From: a virus
Lineage: Duplodnaviria; Caudoviricetes
Length of the DNA: 64,000 nucleotides
Virus record (IMG/VR): IMGVR_UViG_3300044693_000261
Span: 1 to 64,000 of that record
Direction: 5' to 3' (one strand)
Made by a program: the position numbers and the translations under genes. Positions within the stretch are counted from its first letter, which is position 1. Each line of letters opens with the position of its first letter. This document shows positions 63,447 to 64,000 of the stretch, piece by piece. Under the pieces are notes generated by a model. It had not been told where the DNA came from, searched no databases, and saw only the letters and a list, made by a program, of their open reading frames with translations.

Positions 63447-63787
63447 GCGACGATGCTGTTGCGGCCCCCGCCGATGAATCCGCCGGCGCGGTTCACGCGG
63501 GGGCCGATCCCGGTGGTCTTCCAGACGCCGAGGTACGCGCCGATGCCGAACACGAACGCGGTCACGCTGGTCAGCAGTGCGCCGATCACGTCGAATGGGG
63601 TGTCGTTCTGGAGCGCGCCGAGCCAGGTGGACAGGAAGCCCGACAGCGCCGAGAGCACGAGCAGGACGACCGATCTGACGGCGTCGCTGGCGTTCCACCG
63701 CGTGACCAGCCCGGACAGCAGTGGCAGCACGGTGCCGATCAGCATGCCCAGCACCTGGGCGAGGTCGAGGTGAAGCAGGTAAACCAT
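63443..63787 (-). CDS. putative holin
   Basis: Three TM segments, LIGTVLPLLSGLVT...YLGVWK.TG pattern, GAGGAG RBS. Confidence 0.75.
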   Translation of the reverse strand: MVYLLHLDLAQVLGMLIGTVLPLLSGLVTRWNASDAVRSVVLLVLSALSGFLSTWLGALQNDTPFDVIGALLTSVTAFVFGIGAYLGVWKTTGIGPRVNRAGGFIGGGRNSIVA

Positions 63788-63803
63788 GATCGTCTCCTCG
63801 CGG

Positions 63804-63998
63804 TCAGGCGTTGGCCTTGGGGGTCATCGTGCCGGTCACGCCGTTCAGCGTGATGTCGTACTCGGCCGCGCCGCCGCCCCCGCCGACACCGCCGGCGAGC
63901 AGGGTGGCCAGGTTGGCCAGGTTGTTCTGACCCTGCTCCCAGCGGTTGTGCTTGGCTTCCAGGTTGGCGATGTCGTCCGTGGTCAGGTTCCACAGGAC
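63804..63998 (-). CDS. C-terminal end of a gene truncated by the window edge, possibly the endolysin
   Basis: Open frame VLWNLTTDDIANLEAKHNRW...GTMTPKANA* directly upstream of the holin; the function is inferred from position only. Confidence 0.45.
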   Translation of the reverse strand, partial: VLWNLTTDDIANLEAKHNRWEQGQNNLANLATLLAGGVGGGGGAAEYDITLNGVTGTMTPKANA

Positions 63999-64000
63999 CG

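Overview
A high-GC segment of a large tailed phage or phage-plasmid of filamentous actinomycetes. The host-like WhiB1/WblE, TraB and DUF2637 genes point to a Pseudonocardiaceae- or Streptomyces-type host (inference). Transcription diverges at an AT-rich ~200-bp inverted repeat at 33.8-34.0 kb. To its left, mostly on the minus strand, a small-terminase-like gene (33 kb), large terminase (17-18 kb), portal and Mu-F head protein (0.4-3.2 kb) are separated by two ~14-kb blocks of accessory genes. To its right lie an SNF2 helicase, WhiB, HD hydrolase, RepB-like primase, Orn-like exonuclease, RecB-like nuclease, UvrD helicase and VRR-NUC, converging on a holin. Three unusual systems stand out. (1) A mostly non-coding 2-kb operon (30.2-32.3 kb) holds five tRNA mimics with recognisable acceptor, D and T arms but enlarged, non-decoding anticodon arms, separated by highly structured RNA segments. 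(2) An actinomycete conjugative module (TraB/FtsK, DUF2637 Spd-like protein, divergent KorA-like GntR) sits between terminase and portal. Polarised GACGGGGA(A) repeats are written into traB and a neighbouring phage gene, and a GTGTC-N4-GACAC palindrome also occurs in promoters of the replication arm. (3) About 28 copies of a promoter/leader motif end in GTTCCG...GAGAG, while several packaging or virion-type genes appear leaderless. No integrase, ParA or DNA polymerase is visible in the window. All calls come from manual reading, with no database searches or folding software.
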